Part shown: piece by piece, positions 49,201-61,761 of the stretch
How positions within the stretch are numbered: the first letter of the stretch is position 1
Layout of the letters: every line of letters begins with the position of its first letter
NCBI GenBank assembly: GCA_028826165.1
Contig: JAPDFW010000059.1
Location: forward strand, 1,488,001 to 1,552,000
Direction of reading: 5' to 3'
From: Anaeramoeba ignava BMAN
Taxonomy: Eukaryota; Protista; Anaeramoebae
DNA: 64,000 bases
Notes under the pieces: model-generated
Databases searched by the model: none
What the model saw: only the letters and a program-made list of their open reading frames with translations
What the model was told of the DNA's origin: nothing
Program-made: the position numbers and the translations under genes

Positions 49201-49352
49201 ATAAAAATTGCAAATATAACAACAATTAAATTAAATCTCATTACTCCTTTTTTTAAATTTTGATATTTCTGCCATTCTTGTAACGCATTTGTGACTTTTG
49301 GTTTATTCCAAGTTAAAATATTTTTTCTATTTCTAATTTTTTGAGAATTCAT
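46278..49352 (-). CDS. TMEM209: TMEM209-like nuclear envelope / pore membrane protein, 6 exons
   Basis: Exons 49352-49171, 47952-47900, 47800-47563, 47489-47168, 47075-46533 and 46403-46278. Two N-terminal TM segments, then LSTKQIELLGI, WIQKLREW, EYIIQRIQNLA, YKWNSG, PTDSQIIAHVFFTYLD, PPHF, GSKNLF and GHIGQINL. Confidence 0.82.
47955..49075 (-). repeat. (AAATC/AAATT)n intronic microsatellite in TMEM209 intron 1
   Basis: About 1.1 kb pentamer array. Confidence 0.95.
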
Positions 49353-49505
49353 TTTAAAGAAAAAAAATGAAAATGAAAATGAAAAAAATGAAAAAATAAT
49401 TTTTTTGAATTTAATTTTTGAATTTTTGAAAAAGAAAAGAAATTGTTTTGAAAGGAAATTAAAATGAAAAAGAAATTTTTTGAAAAGAAATTAAAAGGGA
49501 AAGTT

Positions 49506-52500
49506 TTAGATTTTTAAGAATGTAAATGCTTCTTCTTTTTCTTCAGTTAATTCTTTTAAAGTTAAATCCATTTTTGTTCTTGAAAATTCATCAATTTCTA
49601 ATCCTTTGACAATTGAGTATTTACCATCTTCACAAGTAACTGGGAATGAATAAAAGATACCTTTAGTAATTCCATAAGAACCATCTGAAAGAACTGACAT
49701 TGAAACCCAAGTTTTTTTATCCTAAAACGAAAATCGGAAAAAATTTAATAAATATTATAAATATTATAAATAATATATAAATATTATAAATAAATATTAT
49801 AAATAAATATTATAAATAATATTATAAATATTATAAATATTATAAATATTATAAATATTATAAATATTATAAATATTATAAATATTATAAATATAAATAT
49901 TATAAATAAATATTATAAATATAAATATTATAAATAAACATTATTAATATAATAAATATTATAAATAAATATTATTAATATTATAAATATAATAAATAAT
50001 ATAAATATAAATATAAATAAATATTATAAATATTATAAATATTATAAATATTATTAATATTATAAATATTATATATAAATATTATTAATATTATAAATAT
50101 TATAAATAAATATTATAAATATTATAAATATTATAAATATAAATAAATATTATTAATATTATAAATATTATAAATATAAATATTATAAATATAATAAATA
50201 TTATAAATATTATAAATATAAATATAAATAAATATTATAAATATTATAAATAATATTATAAATATTATAAATATAAATAAATATTATAAATAAATATTAT
50301 AAATATAAATATAAATAAATATTCAAATTACTTTTGATGTTCCTTGAACCCAATCATGCATATGATCACAAGCAGCTTTTGCTGCAGAAGCTGCACTTGA
50401 TAATTTTCTAGCTTTAATAACTTCAGCACCTCTTTGTTGGTTTTTAACAAGAAAATCATTTTGAATCCAATTATCATCATTAACTGCTTCTTTAATTTTT
50501 TGGATTTCACCAGAAGATTTTTTAACATAAGCATGACTAACATCAGGATATTGAGTACTACTATGATTTCCCCAAGCAATTACATTAAAGATTTGATCGT
50601 TATTAACATTGAGTCTTTCACTAAGTTGAGAAATCATTCTATTATGATCCAATCTGCTCATTGAAGTGAAATTTTCTGGTGGAATTGATGGTGCACAAGT
50701 TTGACAAATCAAACAGTTTGTGTTTGCTGGATTTCCAACAACTAATACTTTGATTGTTTTCTTCGCTTTCTTATCAATCGCTTCTCCTTGTTGTTTGAAT
50801 ATTTGTGCGTTAGCTTTCAAAAGATCTTTTCGTTCCATTCCTTGTGATCTTGGTCTTGCTCCTACTAAAAATGCATAATCTGTTTCTTCAAATGCAACAG
50901 TTGGATCATCTGTGCAAATAATTTTTTGAACTAATGGAAAAGCACAATCTCTAATTTCCATTTCAACACCTAAAATTCAAATATTTAAATTAAATATTTA
51001 AATCAAATAATTAAATCAATATTTAAATCAATATTTAAATCAAATATTTAAATCTAATATTTAAATTAATATTTAATATTTAAATCAAATATTTAAATTT
51101 AATATTTAAATCAAATATTTAAATTAATATTTAATATTTAAATCAATATTTAAATCAAATATTTAAATCAAATAATTAAATTAATAATTAAATCAAATAT
51201 TTAAATCAAATATTTAAATCAAATATTTAAATCAAATATTTAAATCAAATATTTAAATTAATATTTAATATTTAAATCAATATTTAAATCAAATATTTAA
51301 ATCAAATAATTAAATCAATATTTAAATCAATAATTAAATCAAATATTTAAATCAAATATTTTAAATCAAATATTTAAATCAAATATATAAATTAATATTT
51401 AAATCAAATATTTAAACCAAATATTTAAATCAAATATTTAAACTAATAATTAAATTAATATTTAAATCAAATAATTAAATTAATAATTAAATCTAATATT
51501 TAAATCAAATAATTAAATCAAATATTAAATCAAATATTTAAATTAATAATTAAATCAAATATTTTAAATCAAATAATTAAATCAAATATTAAATCAAATA
51601 TTTAAATCAAATATTTAAATCAATATTTAAATCTAATATTTAAACTAATATTTAAATCAATAATTAAATTAATAATTAAATATTTAAATCAAATATTTAA
51701 ATCAAATATTTAAATCAAATATTTAAATCAAATAATTAAATTAATATTTAAATCAAATATTTAAATTAAATATTTAAATCAAATATTTAAATCAAATATT
51801 TAAATTAAATCATTAAATCAAATATTTTAAATTATTTAAATCAATATTTAAATCAAATATTTAAACCAAATATTTAAATCAATAATTAAATCAATATTTA
51901 AATTAATATTTAAATCAAATATTTAAATCAAAATTCAAATATTTAAAACCAATATTTAAATTCAATATTTAAATCTAATATTTAAATCAAATATTTAAAT
52001 CAAATAATTAAATCAAATAATTAAATCAAATAATTAAATCAAATAATTAAATCAAATAATTAAATTAAATATTTAAATTAATATTTAAATTAATATTTAA
52101 ATTAATATTTAAATTAATATTTAAATCAAATATTTAAATCAATATTTAAATCAAATATTTAAATCAAATATTTAAATTAATATTTAAATCAAATATTTAA
52201 ATCAAATAATTAAATTAATATTTAAATTAATATTTAAATCAAATATTTAAATCAAATATTTTAAATCAAATATTTAAATCTAATATTTAAATCAAATATT
52301 TAAATTATTTAAATTAATATTTTAAATTAATATTTAAATTAATATTTAAATCAAATATTTAAATCAAATATTTAAATTAATAATTAAATCAAATATTTAA
52401 ATCAAATAATTAAATCAAATATTTAAATTAATATTTAAATTAATATTTAAATAAATATTTAAATCTAATATTTAAATCAAATATTTAAATCAAATAATTA

Positions 52501-53309
52501 AATCAAATATTTAAATCAAATATTTAAATCAAATATTTAAACCAATAATTAAATCTAATATTTAAATCAAATATTTAAATCAAATATTTAAATTAATAAT
52601 TTAAATTAAATATTTAAATCAAATATTTAAATTAATATTTAAATCAAATATTTAAATCAATAATTAAATCAATATTTAAATCAAATATTTAAATCTAATA
52701 TTTAAACTAATATTTAAATTTAATAATTAAATCAATATTTAAATCAAATATTTAAATCAAATATTTAAATCAAATATTTAAATCAAATATTTAAATCAAA
52801 TATTTAAATTAATAATTAAATCAAATATTTAAATTAATAATTAAATCAATAATTAAATCAAATATTTAAATTTAATAATTAAATCAATATTTAAATCAAA
52901 TATTTAAATCAAATAATTAAATTAATAATTAAATTAATAATTAAATTAATATTTAAATTTATATTTAAATTAATATTTAAATCAAATATTTAAATCAAAT
53001 ATTTAAATCAAATATTAAATCAAATATTTAAATCAAATATTTAAATTATTTAAATCAAATAATTAAATCAAATAATTAAATCAAATATTTAAATTAATAT
53101 TTAAATTAATATTTAATATTTAAATCAAATAATTAAATCTAATATTTAAATAAATATTTAAATCAAATATTTAAATCAAATATTTAAATTAATAATTAAA
53201 TCAAATATTTAAATTAAAAATTAAATTAAAAAATCCAAAAATTATAAAAGAAAAAATTTAAAAAAAAATCCAACAAATCAAATTCCAAAACAGAAAAATT
53301 TTTTCAAAG

Positions 53310-53340
<31 letters not shown>

Positions 53341-53531
53341 GCTTTGATTTGGTTATAAATTTAATAAAAATCTTTACCTGCTAAAACTCCCATCATGGGG
53401 GTAATATCAAGTAATTGTAAAATAAGTGGTTGATCAATTCCAAAAACTTCTCCATTTGCTACTTTAAATATTAAAGAATAAGCAATTTGACCAGCAGCTC
53501 CAGTAATACAAACTCTAATTGGTGAATTCAT
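49506..53531 (-). CDS. MDH1: Cytosolic-type (dimeric) malate dehydrogenase, 3 exons
   Basis: Exons 53531-53378, 50969-50332 and 49721-49506. Motifs: [27 protein letters not shown] (malate-specific Arg kept), [33 protein letters not shown]. Confidence 0.95.
50975..53230 (-). repeat. ~13-mer minisatellite (AAATCAAATATTT)n filling the 2.4-kb MDH intron 1 (50970-53377)
   Basis: Directly visible array. MDH intron 2 (49722-50331) carries a different (TAAATATTA)n array. Confidence 0.95.
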
Positions 53532-53832
53532 TTTCTTTTAATTTTATTTTTGTTTTTTGTTTTGTTTTTTGTTTTTATTGAGTAAAAAAATGAATTTAAA
53601 AAATTTGAAAAAAAAAAAAAAATTTTGAATAAAAAAATTTTTGCTTTTTTTTTATAATAAAAATTAAAAGATTTTTGGAATAAAAAATATTGGGAATTTA
53701 TTAAAAGTAAATTTAAATTATCAAAATTAAAATCAAAATCAAAAAAATCAAATCAAAAATTAAGAAAAAAAAAAAGTTTCACAAAATATTTCTTATTAAA
53801 AAAAAAATTTTTTTTCCAAATTAATTAATAAA

Positions 53833-56628
53833 TTAATTAATTTTTTTAATTGGATTTAAATTGGGATTTGAATACAAATCAGGATGTAAAAAATTCCTAT
53901 TTTCATTCCTGTTTGGCAAAGAGGATTTTCTTGTAGAATTTCGATGACCATTTGCATTTTTATTTGCAGATGATAAAATTTCTTGAATATTAATTTGTTG
54001 TTTTTTGACAATTTGTTGATGAACCTTTTGAGCCAAAATTAAACCAACACGAGAATTGATATCGAATCTCTCATCAAGATCTCTTGCTGATTTGAAGATC
54101 TGGAGGATTAGTTCAGGAGATAAATTGGGCTGATTTGAATCAATTTTTTCAATAGGATTAAAATTACTAATATTTGGCTTCAAATAAGGATGATCAAGTA
54201 GTTCTGGGATAGTTGGGCGTTTATTCTTGTCTCTCTGCAAACATTGCTGGATCACATCGAGTAGAGAAGGATCTTCAACGGGAGGATAGTCAATTTTGTA
54301 GCTATTTGAAGGAATCAAGTTGAATTTTTGGATCATATTCAAGTGTGCAAAAGGGGGTTTTCCATAAATCATCTGATACAGAATGCATCCAAGAGACCAG
54401 ATATCGGAAGGCCTTCCTAACTTGATGCACTGAGGTTTGCCGAGTAGACGACCGTCCTTGGAAGAGGTGTCAACAATGGCCTCTGGTGACATATAATTGA
54501 GAGTTCCCACTTGATGATCACGTTGAATATTTGTTGTGTCTTTTTGTATTGCTTTTGCTATTCCAAAATCAATCAACTTGATTGTGCCTTCCACGAAGAG
54601 AAAGTTTGCGGGTTTGAGATCCCCATGAACAATACGCTCCTCATGGATGGTGTGGACAGCTTCTAGCATTTGCTGCCAGATTAACCGAAGAAAATTTGGA
54701 TCGATTTTCTTTTGTTCGTTTTTTTTGCGGTGAATATCGATTTTGTGTGCAAGATCAATCTCGCCATACTCAAGTATCATGTGAATCAATCCGGCTTGTT
54801 TGTCCATTTCTGAGTCGAAAAGTTGTATAATATTGTCTCGACCTCTTAATTGATTCAAAAGATTGATTTCGTTCAAATAACCCGAAGTCACAGTTTCATC
54901 AATTCCTGAGATGTTCACCCGCTTAAGCGCAAATATCTTCATTTCGGGAGACATCACTTTGAATACTTTGCTGCTTCCACCCTTTCCGATGAGATCGAGC
55001 CGATAATACACTCGATTATTAACAGTGATGATTTTAAAAGGAGGTGAAATTGTTTGACAGCTAGTTGGTGATGAAGTTAATGGTGATGATTGACTACTTG
55101 TCAATATTTTGTTTTGTTCGTCGTGATCTTGATTTGGATCGTTTTCCTTTTTTGAATCTGGAGTTTCTTGCGATCTTTTCTTTTTTTTGTTTGTTTTTTT
55201 CCGTTTGGATTTTTTTGGATCGTTTTTTTTCGTTGTTGTTCTTTGGCTTCTATTATGTCGGTGATCCTGATCCGCTTCATTTTTTTGTTTCATCGTAAGA
55301 CTTTCTCTTGGTTTGTTGTGGCCGTTTTGGATTTGGCTATTTGGATCGCGATTTTCAGTGATCTTTTCTTGATTTGGAGAAATTTGGTGATCGAATTTGA
55401 TCTCTTGATCAACTTGTTTTTCAATCTTTTTGATTTCGAGATCCAAAGTAGTCTCGTTTGTTGGGTTGTGTGGAGTTTGGAAAGTGTTAAAAGGAGGGGT
55501 ATTACGCTTAGGGTTTGTTGTGGAATATTGAGAAAAAGAAGGTGTATTCAAGTTTGAAGTTGTAGGTGTTCTTAAAGCTTTTAAACCCTCGAATTTTGAA
55601 TCCAGATTTGCACGAGGTTGGTGTGCAGAAAAATTACCGAAATGGGTATTTTGGAGAATTTTGGAAGGTGGAATTATTCTTGATCTTGGTTTTGAATGAT
55701 AAATACTTTTGGGATTTTTTTGAAATTTTTCATTTTGATTTTCATCATCATTTTCATTTTCATCTTCATCTTCATTTTCATCTTCATCTTCATCTTCATC
55801 TTCATCTTCATCTTCATTTTCATCTTCATCGTAATATGATTCACTGTTTGATTCGTAATCTTGTGTATTTTCTTCATATTCATCTTCAGAAACATATTCA
55901 TTTTCGCTTTGATTTGATTGATATTGTTCTTGATCACTTTCTGTTTCATTTTCAGATCCGTTTTGGGATTCTGTCTCATCATCAATTTCATTATCATCAG
56001 AAACATATTCATCATCGTCATCTTGATTATTTGCTGATTGAGGTGATTTGTATGATTGTGGAGAGGGAAAAAGTATTGGAATTTCTTGTTCCACTTTTTT
56101 TTTTTCTAATTCATTCAAAATTGATTTTGAAGAAATGGAAGATTGAATTATATCTTTGGATTTTTCGATGTTATTTTGTTTGAGTTCCAATCTTGCTCTG
56201 AGGATATATAAGCGCGCAGTATCTCTTGCGATGCGCTCGTTTTTGATAAATTTAAGTGTTGTTTTTGCTTCTGTAAGTGAAAAACTTAATTGAAATTCAA
56301 CGTAATCTAAAAAGAACGTAACTATATTAGGATCATGTTTATTGTACTCAATTTTTCCAAGAGCACGAAATGTTTCTAGGTAAATTTGTGATAATTCTTT
56401 TGTACTTTTTGATTTTTTTTTCTTTTTTTGAAAGTGAGATAATAATTTTTCACTTTTTTTATCTAATTCTTGTTTTTCATTTTGAATATTTTTATTTTTA
56501 GTTTTATTTTTATTTTTATTTTTATTTTTATTTTTATTTTGATTTATTATTTGGTTCGTTAAATTTTCTGAAGTTTTATTTGGATTTAAAGCAGCAAGTT
56601 TTTTTCTTAAAGCTTGAAGAGTTGACAT
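53833..56628 (-). CDS. MPS1: Mps1/TTK spindle-checkpoint kinase with an N-terminal TPR-like region
   Basis: Intronless 931-aa ORF. Motifs: IGKGGSSKVFKV, GYLNEI, EYGEIDL, WQQMLEAVHTIH, HGDLKPANFL, DFGIAKAI, QVGTLNYMSPE, SDIWSLGCILYQM. Confidence 0.93.
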   Translation of the reverse strand: MSTLQALRKKLAALNPNKTSENLTNQIINQNKNKNKNKNKNKTKNKNIQNEKQELDKKSEKLLSHFQKKKKKSKSTKELSQIYLETFRALGKIEYNKHDPNIVTFFLDYVEFQLSFSLTEAKTTLKFIKNERIARDTARLYILRARLELKQNNIEKSKDIIQSSISSKSILNELEKKKVEQEIPILFPSPQSYKSPQSANNQDDDDEYVSDDNEIDDETESQNGSENETESDQEQYQSNQSENEYVSEDEYEENTQDYESNSESYYDEDENEDEDEDEDEDEDENEDEDENENDDENQNEKFQKNPKSIYHSKPRSRIIPPSKILQNTHFGNFSAHQPRANLDSKFEGLKALRTPTTSNLNTPSFSQYSTTNPKRNTPPFNTFQTPHNPTNETTLDLEIKKIEKQVDQEIKFDHQISPNQEKITENRDPNSQIQNGHNKPRESLTMKQKNEADQDHRHNRSQRTTTKKNDPKKSKRKKTNKKKKRSQETPDSKKENDPNQDHDEQNKILTSSQSSPLTSSPTSCQTISPPFKIITVNNRVYYRLDLIGKGGSSKVFKVMSPEMKIFALKRVNISGIDETVTSGYLNEINLLNQLRGRDNIIQLFDSEMDKQAGLIHMILEYGEIDLAHKIDIHRKKNEQKKIDPNFLRLIWQQMLEAVHTIHEERIVHGDLKPANFLFVEGTIKLIDFGIAKAIQKDTTNIQRDHQVGTLNYMSPEAIVDTSSKDGRLLGKPQCIKLGRPSDIWSLGCILYQMIYGKPPFAHLNMIQKFNLIPSNSYKIDYPPVEDPSLLDVIQQCLQRDKNKRPTIPELLDHPYLKPNISNFNPIEKIDSNQPNLSPELILQIFKSARDLDERFDINSRVGLILAQKVHQQIVKKQQINIQEILSSANKNANGHRNSTRKSSLPNRNENRNFLHPDLYSNPNLNPIKKIN

Positions 56629-56768
56629 TATAATTTATTACAAAAAAGAAAAAGAAAAAGAAAAAGAAATTTGAAATTTGAAAAATAAAAATGAAAAAGA
56701 AAAAGAAAAAAAGAAATTATTTTTTTTTTAACGAATCATTTCAAATAAGAAATCAAAAAAAACAATTT

Positions 56769-56781
56769 TTTAACGGTTAAA
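56769..56781. promoter_or_regulatory. Candidate Myb-recognition element TTTAACGGTTAAA ~145 bp upstream of Mps1
   Basis: Near-palindrome containing YAACGG in otherwise almost CpG-free intergenic DNA. A second TAACG lies at ~56729. Confidence 0.35.
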
Positions 56782-56889
56782 ATAAAATAAAAATCAAAGT
56801 AAAAATAAAAAAAAAAGTAAAAATGGAACAAAAAAAGTAAAAATTTAAAAAAAAAAAAGTTAATCAAAACAAATTTCTTTTTAATTTTT

Positions 56890-57930
56890 AAAATTGATTT
56901 GATTGAATATTAATTTAATTTTTAAAATTGATTTGATTTAATTTGATTTGATTTGATTTAATTTTTGAATTTGATTTAATTTGATTTAATTTAATTTGAT
57001 TTTTAAAATTAATTTGATTTGATTTGATTTTTGAATTTGATTTAATTTGATTTGATTTGATTTGATTTGATTTGATTTAATTTAATTTTTAAAATTGATT
57101 TGATTTAATTTGAATTGATTTGATTTAATTTGATTTGATTTTTAAAATTGATTTGATTTAATTTAATTTGATTTGATTTAATTTTTGAATTGGATTTGAT
57201 TTAATTTTTAAAATTGATTTGATTTGATTTTTGAAATTGATTTGAATTGATTTGATTTAATTTAATTTGATTTGATTTGATTTTTGAAATTGATTTGAAT
57301 TGATTTGATTTAATTTAATTTAATTTGATTTGATTTTTGAAATTGATTTGATTTAATTTGATTTGATTTGAATTTGATTTGATTTTAATTTTGAAATTGA
57401 TTTAATTTGATTTTGAAATTTGATTTGAATTTGATTAATTATTTAATTTGATTTGATTTGATTTTGATTTTTTGATTTTTAATTTAATTTTAATTTTTGA
57501 ATTTGAAATTAATTTGATTTAATTTTTAAAAATTGATTTGATTTGATTTGATTTTTAATTTTTGAATTTAATTTAATTTAATTTGATTTGAAATTAATTT
57601 AATTAAATTTGATTAATTTTTTGAATTTGATTTGATTTGATTTAATTTGATTTAATTTGAATATTGATTTTTGATTTAATTTGATTTGATTTGATTTAAT
57701 TTTTGATTTGATTTGATTTGATTTGATTTGATTTGATTTGATTTGATTTGATTTGATTTGATTTAATTTGATTTAATTTGATTTGATTTGATTTAATTTG
57801 ATTTGATTTGATTTGATTTAATTTTTGAATTTAATTTTTAAATTTAATTTTTAAAATTGATTTGATTTGATTTAATTTTTGAAATTAATTTTTAAAATTG
57901 ATTTGATTTGATTTGATTTGATTTGATTTT
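56890..57930. repeat. Intergenic (ATTTG/ATTTA)n microsatellite
   Basis: About 1 kb array between the DPD stop and the Mps1 promoter. Confidence 0.95.
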
Positions 57931-57933
57931 GAA

Positions 57934-60900
57934 TTAAATCAATTTCTTAACATCCTCAAGTCGGATACATTTCACAGGACAATTAAAAGAACACAAACCA
58001 CAACCAATACATTTTTTCAAATCAACAATAGGAAGATCACTTTCAGGATCAAAAGCAATAGCATTCTGAGCCTTATCATGACAAACAGAAACACAAGTAC
58101 CACATTGTATGCATTCATCATGATTTATAACTGCACGGAAAGGAAGCTGTTTGATATCCTGTAAATGAATAGATCTTGAAGGACAAACAGCAGCACACAA
58201 ACCACATCCAATACATTTATTCAAATCAATAAAAGGAAGATGTTTTTTGGAATCAAAAGAAATGGCTTGATGAGCAGAATCATGACAAGAAACAAAACAT
58301 TTTCCACAATTTAAACATGTGTCATAATTGACAACAGCACGAACTGCATAATTCACATCAAGTTTTTCGAAATCAACAATTTTTGGTGTTGCTCTTGCAG
58401 ATTGAGTTGCAAGTCTTGGAATATCAGACAAATTAATTTTTTTGACATCAAATTTTGGTTTGGCAAATAAATTTGAATCGGCCAATTTTTCTTGTTTAAT
58501 TTTTCGATATTTGGGTTCAAATTCACCGAAAGAAGGATAAAGATTTGAGATATCAGGAGCGAATAATTTAGGACGTGGATGATATTGGGAATCCCATTGA
58601 CATAAATCCTTTCTTGCAAGGGAGTATAAATACCATTGAACACCCGATCTGAGTTCGTGGATGATCTTGTAACCGTATGACATAACAGCCGAACAAATTT
58701 GGATAACACTTGCACCAGCATGAATCATTTGGAGGGCAGAATTAGCACTATCAATTCCACCGCATCCAAGAATAGGAATATTCGGAACAGCTGTTGCGAT
58801 TTCAGTAACGGCTTTGAGAGCATATGGTCTTATCTGTGTGCCACTGATTCCGCCATAACCACTTAGCTTGCTATCACCCACATACGGCCATGGATCAGAT
58901 GTTGTTAATATTTGAGACAATCCAGACATGCTGTTTATTGCAGAAATCCCAGCCGCTCCTCCTCTATGAGCTTCTCTTGTTACTTCAGATAGATCTCCAT
59001 GTGGTATAGTTGAACTGAGTTTAGGGAAAAGTGGAATGTTTGTGATCTCCTTTATTCCTTTACAAACTAAATAAACCATCTGTTCATAACTTTCAAAACC
59101 ATCTCCTCCTTTTCCTAAATTGGGACAAATAAAATTCAGTTGTAATCCATCTGCTCCTGAATCTGCAAATTCCTTTGCTATTTGTTTCCAATCTTCAACC
59201 ATTCCTTTCGAATGAATGGAAGCGATTAATATTTTCTTGGGAAATTCTTTCTTTAATTGTTTGATTGCCTTGATCCAGTATTTCCAACTTCGATCTGCAT
59301 TCAGTTCAATATTAATGAAGTTGTTTTCGCCTTGGCATTCTGTGATTCTTGGTGAGACATTTCTCACAAAGTCCTTATCAAAAGAGCATGTTTTTGTGAC
59401 AGCCCATCCCCAACCAGCTTCAAATGCTCGTTTGATCATCCCGTAGTTTTCTGTGCCAGGACCACTTGCAAGGCCAAATGGGTTTGGGAATTTCAACCCA
59501 GCAACCTCGACCGAAAGATCAACCAGATCAACCGGTGTCCGGAAGTCTGGGATCTTCATCAGATCTGGTGTTGGTTCGATTCCATGTTTTTCAAGAAGAT
59601 GCTTGTGAATTCCAAGAGCAGCAAGCTTGCCGTCACTAACTGCTGCCACAATTGTTTTTGATCCCACACAATCTCCTCCTGCAAAAACCCACGGAAGCTT
59701 CTTTGTTTGCATTGATTCGCGTGATATTTCGATCAAATCTTTTTCTGGATCAAAACTCAACCCGCTTAACGGGTTCTTATCTACTTGAGTTTCTGAGGAG
59801 ACAATGATATTATTACATTTGATTTTCCTTGTTTCTTTCACATCAACTGTTGATTTTCCATCCCATTCTTTTTCTATTTTTTCAACCAGCAATCCTGTCA
59901 CTTTTCCATTCTCAACAAGTACTTCTTTTGGCGAAGAAAATCCTATCAATTCTGTTTGGTCTGATCGTACGAGTTCCGATTCCTCCTCAACAAAATTCAT
60001 CCCAGAAACTTCTTTTGGAAATAGAACAGTAACTCTTTTTGATCCGCATCGGAATGCTGTCAAAGCGCAATCTATTGCGGTGTCTCCTGCACCAACAACA
60101 ACTGTATGTCCTTCAAGTGTTGGTAATTTGTGGTCGCCTTCAGGAATCCCATTCTTTGTTGCTGACGACACTTTGCGCAGAAATATTTGCGAATCATAAA
60201 GTCCCTTTGTTTCTTGAACTTCGAATATTGCTGATGATTTTGAAGATACTTTCCCAACACCAATAAAAACGGCTTCAAATCCCTCTTTTTCTTTCAAGCT
60301 TGAAATTGTAAAGTCTTTTCCTAATTCTTTTCCATAAACAAATTTGATTCCAAGATCTTTTGCCAATTTGACTTCGAATTGAGTTGCAATTTCTGGAACT
60401 CTATATTGAGGAATTTGATAAAGAGGAAGTCCTCCTGCTGCTTTGTTACGTTCAAATATTGTGATGTTTTTGTATCCCATACGTGCCAGGAAGGATCCGC
60501 ATGCAATTGATGATGGTCCTGCACCGATCAATGCTATTGGTTTTGTGTAAACTGGTTGTGTTCGTGTTTTTTCAATTTCTGGATCTATTATTTGTTCTAT
60601 ATCCATATGCATGAATTGTTCGCATGCAAATCTTTGGAGATTTCCAATTTTGATTGCACCTCCAGATGTTTTATTTAGGTTGCATCCGCCTGTGCAAAGT
60701 TGAGTTGTTGGGCATAATAATCCGCATGTATATGCTAATGGATTTGATGAAAATAATGAAATTGCTGCACCATATGGATTCTTTAATTTTAATTTCAAAA
60801 TAAATTTTAATTTCAAAATTAATTTCAAAATAAATTTTAATTTCAAAATAAATTTCAAAATAAATTTCAAAATAAATTTCAAAATAAATTTTAATTTCAA

Positions 60901-61761
60901 AATAAATTTTAATTTCAAAATAAATTTTAATTAGCAAAATTAATTTTAATTTCAAAATAAATTTTAATTTCAAAATAAATTTTAATTTCAAAATAAATTT
61001 TAATTTCAAAATAAATTTTAATTTCAAAATAAATTGTAATTTCAAAATAAATTGTAATTTCAAAATAAATTGTAATTTTAAAATAAATTTTAATTTCAAA
61101 ATAAATTGTAATTTCAAAATAAATTTTAATTTCAAAATTAATTTTAATTTCAAAATAAATTTTAATTTCAAAATTAATTTTAATTTCAAAATAAATTTTA
61201 ATTTCAAAATAAATTGTAATTTCAAAATAAATTGTAATTTTAAAATAAATTTTAATTTCAAAATAAATTTTAATTTCAAAATAAATTGTAATTTTAAAAT
61301 AAATTGTAATTTCAAAATAAATTGTAATATTAATTGTAATTTCAAAATAAATTGTAATTTCAAAATAAATTTCAAAATAAATTTCAAAATAAATTGTAAT
61401 TTCAAAATAAATTGTAATTTCAAAATAAATTTTAATTTTGATTTTAATGAAAAAATACAGCGTTAGATAAAGCATGAATAAATTCAGGAACATTAACAAA
61501 AGCAGGACAACTTTTTTGACAAGGAGGTTCAACACATCTTAAACATCTTTTTGCTTCATTTTCTGCATCTTTTATTTCCCATGGTTCAATTAACATGTTA
61601 AAGTCATTTGTTCTTTCTTCTCCTTTTGTCATATTGTTTTTCTTAAAATGGCATCTTTCTGAATCACATTCTTTTTCAGAACGAATTTTGTTATTTTTTG
61701 GTGTTGGATCAATTTCATAATCTTCAAGTTCTACTTCAATAGGATATTTTTTTTTATTCAT
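57934..61761 (-). CDS. DPYD: Dihydropyrimidine dehydrogenase-like Fe-S flavoprotein with a duplicated C-terminal 2[4Fe-4S] module, 2 exons
   Basis: Exons 61761-61459 and 60780-57934; intron 61458-60781 is an 18-mer satellite. Motifs: EAKRCLRCVEPPCQKSCP, TCGLLCPTTQLCTGGCN, IGAGPSS, GAGDTAIDCA, FAGGD, FPNPFGLAS, AFEAGWGWAVTKT, FINIEL, LNFICP, YGGISG, and four C-terminal CxxCxxCxxxC motifs. Confidence 0.92.

Noticed and set aside
49506-53531. MDH converted to lactate dehydrogenase, as happened in trichomonads
   Set aside because: The specificity Arg in [11 protein letters not shown] is retained, so it reads as an ordinary MDH.
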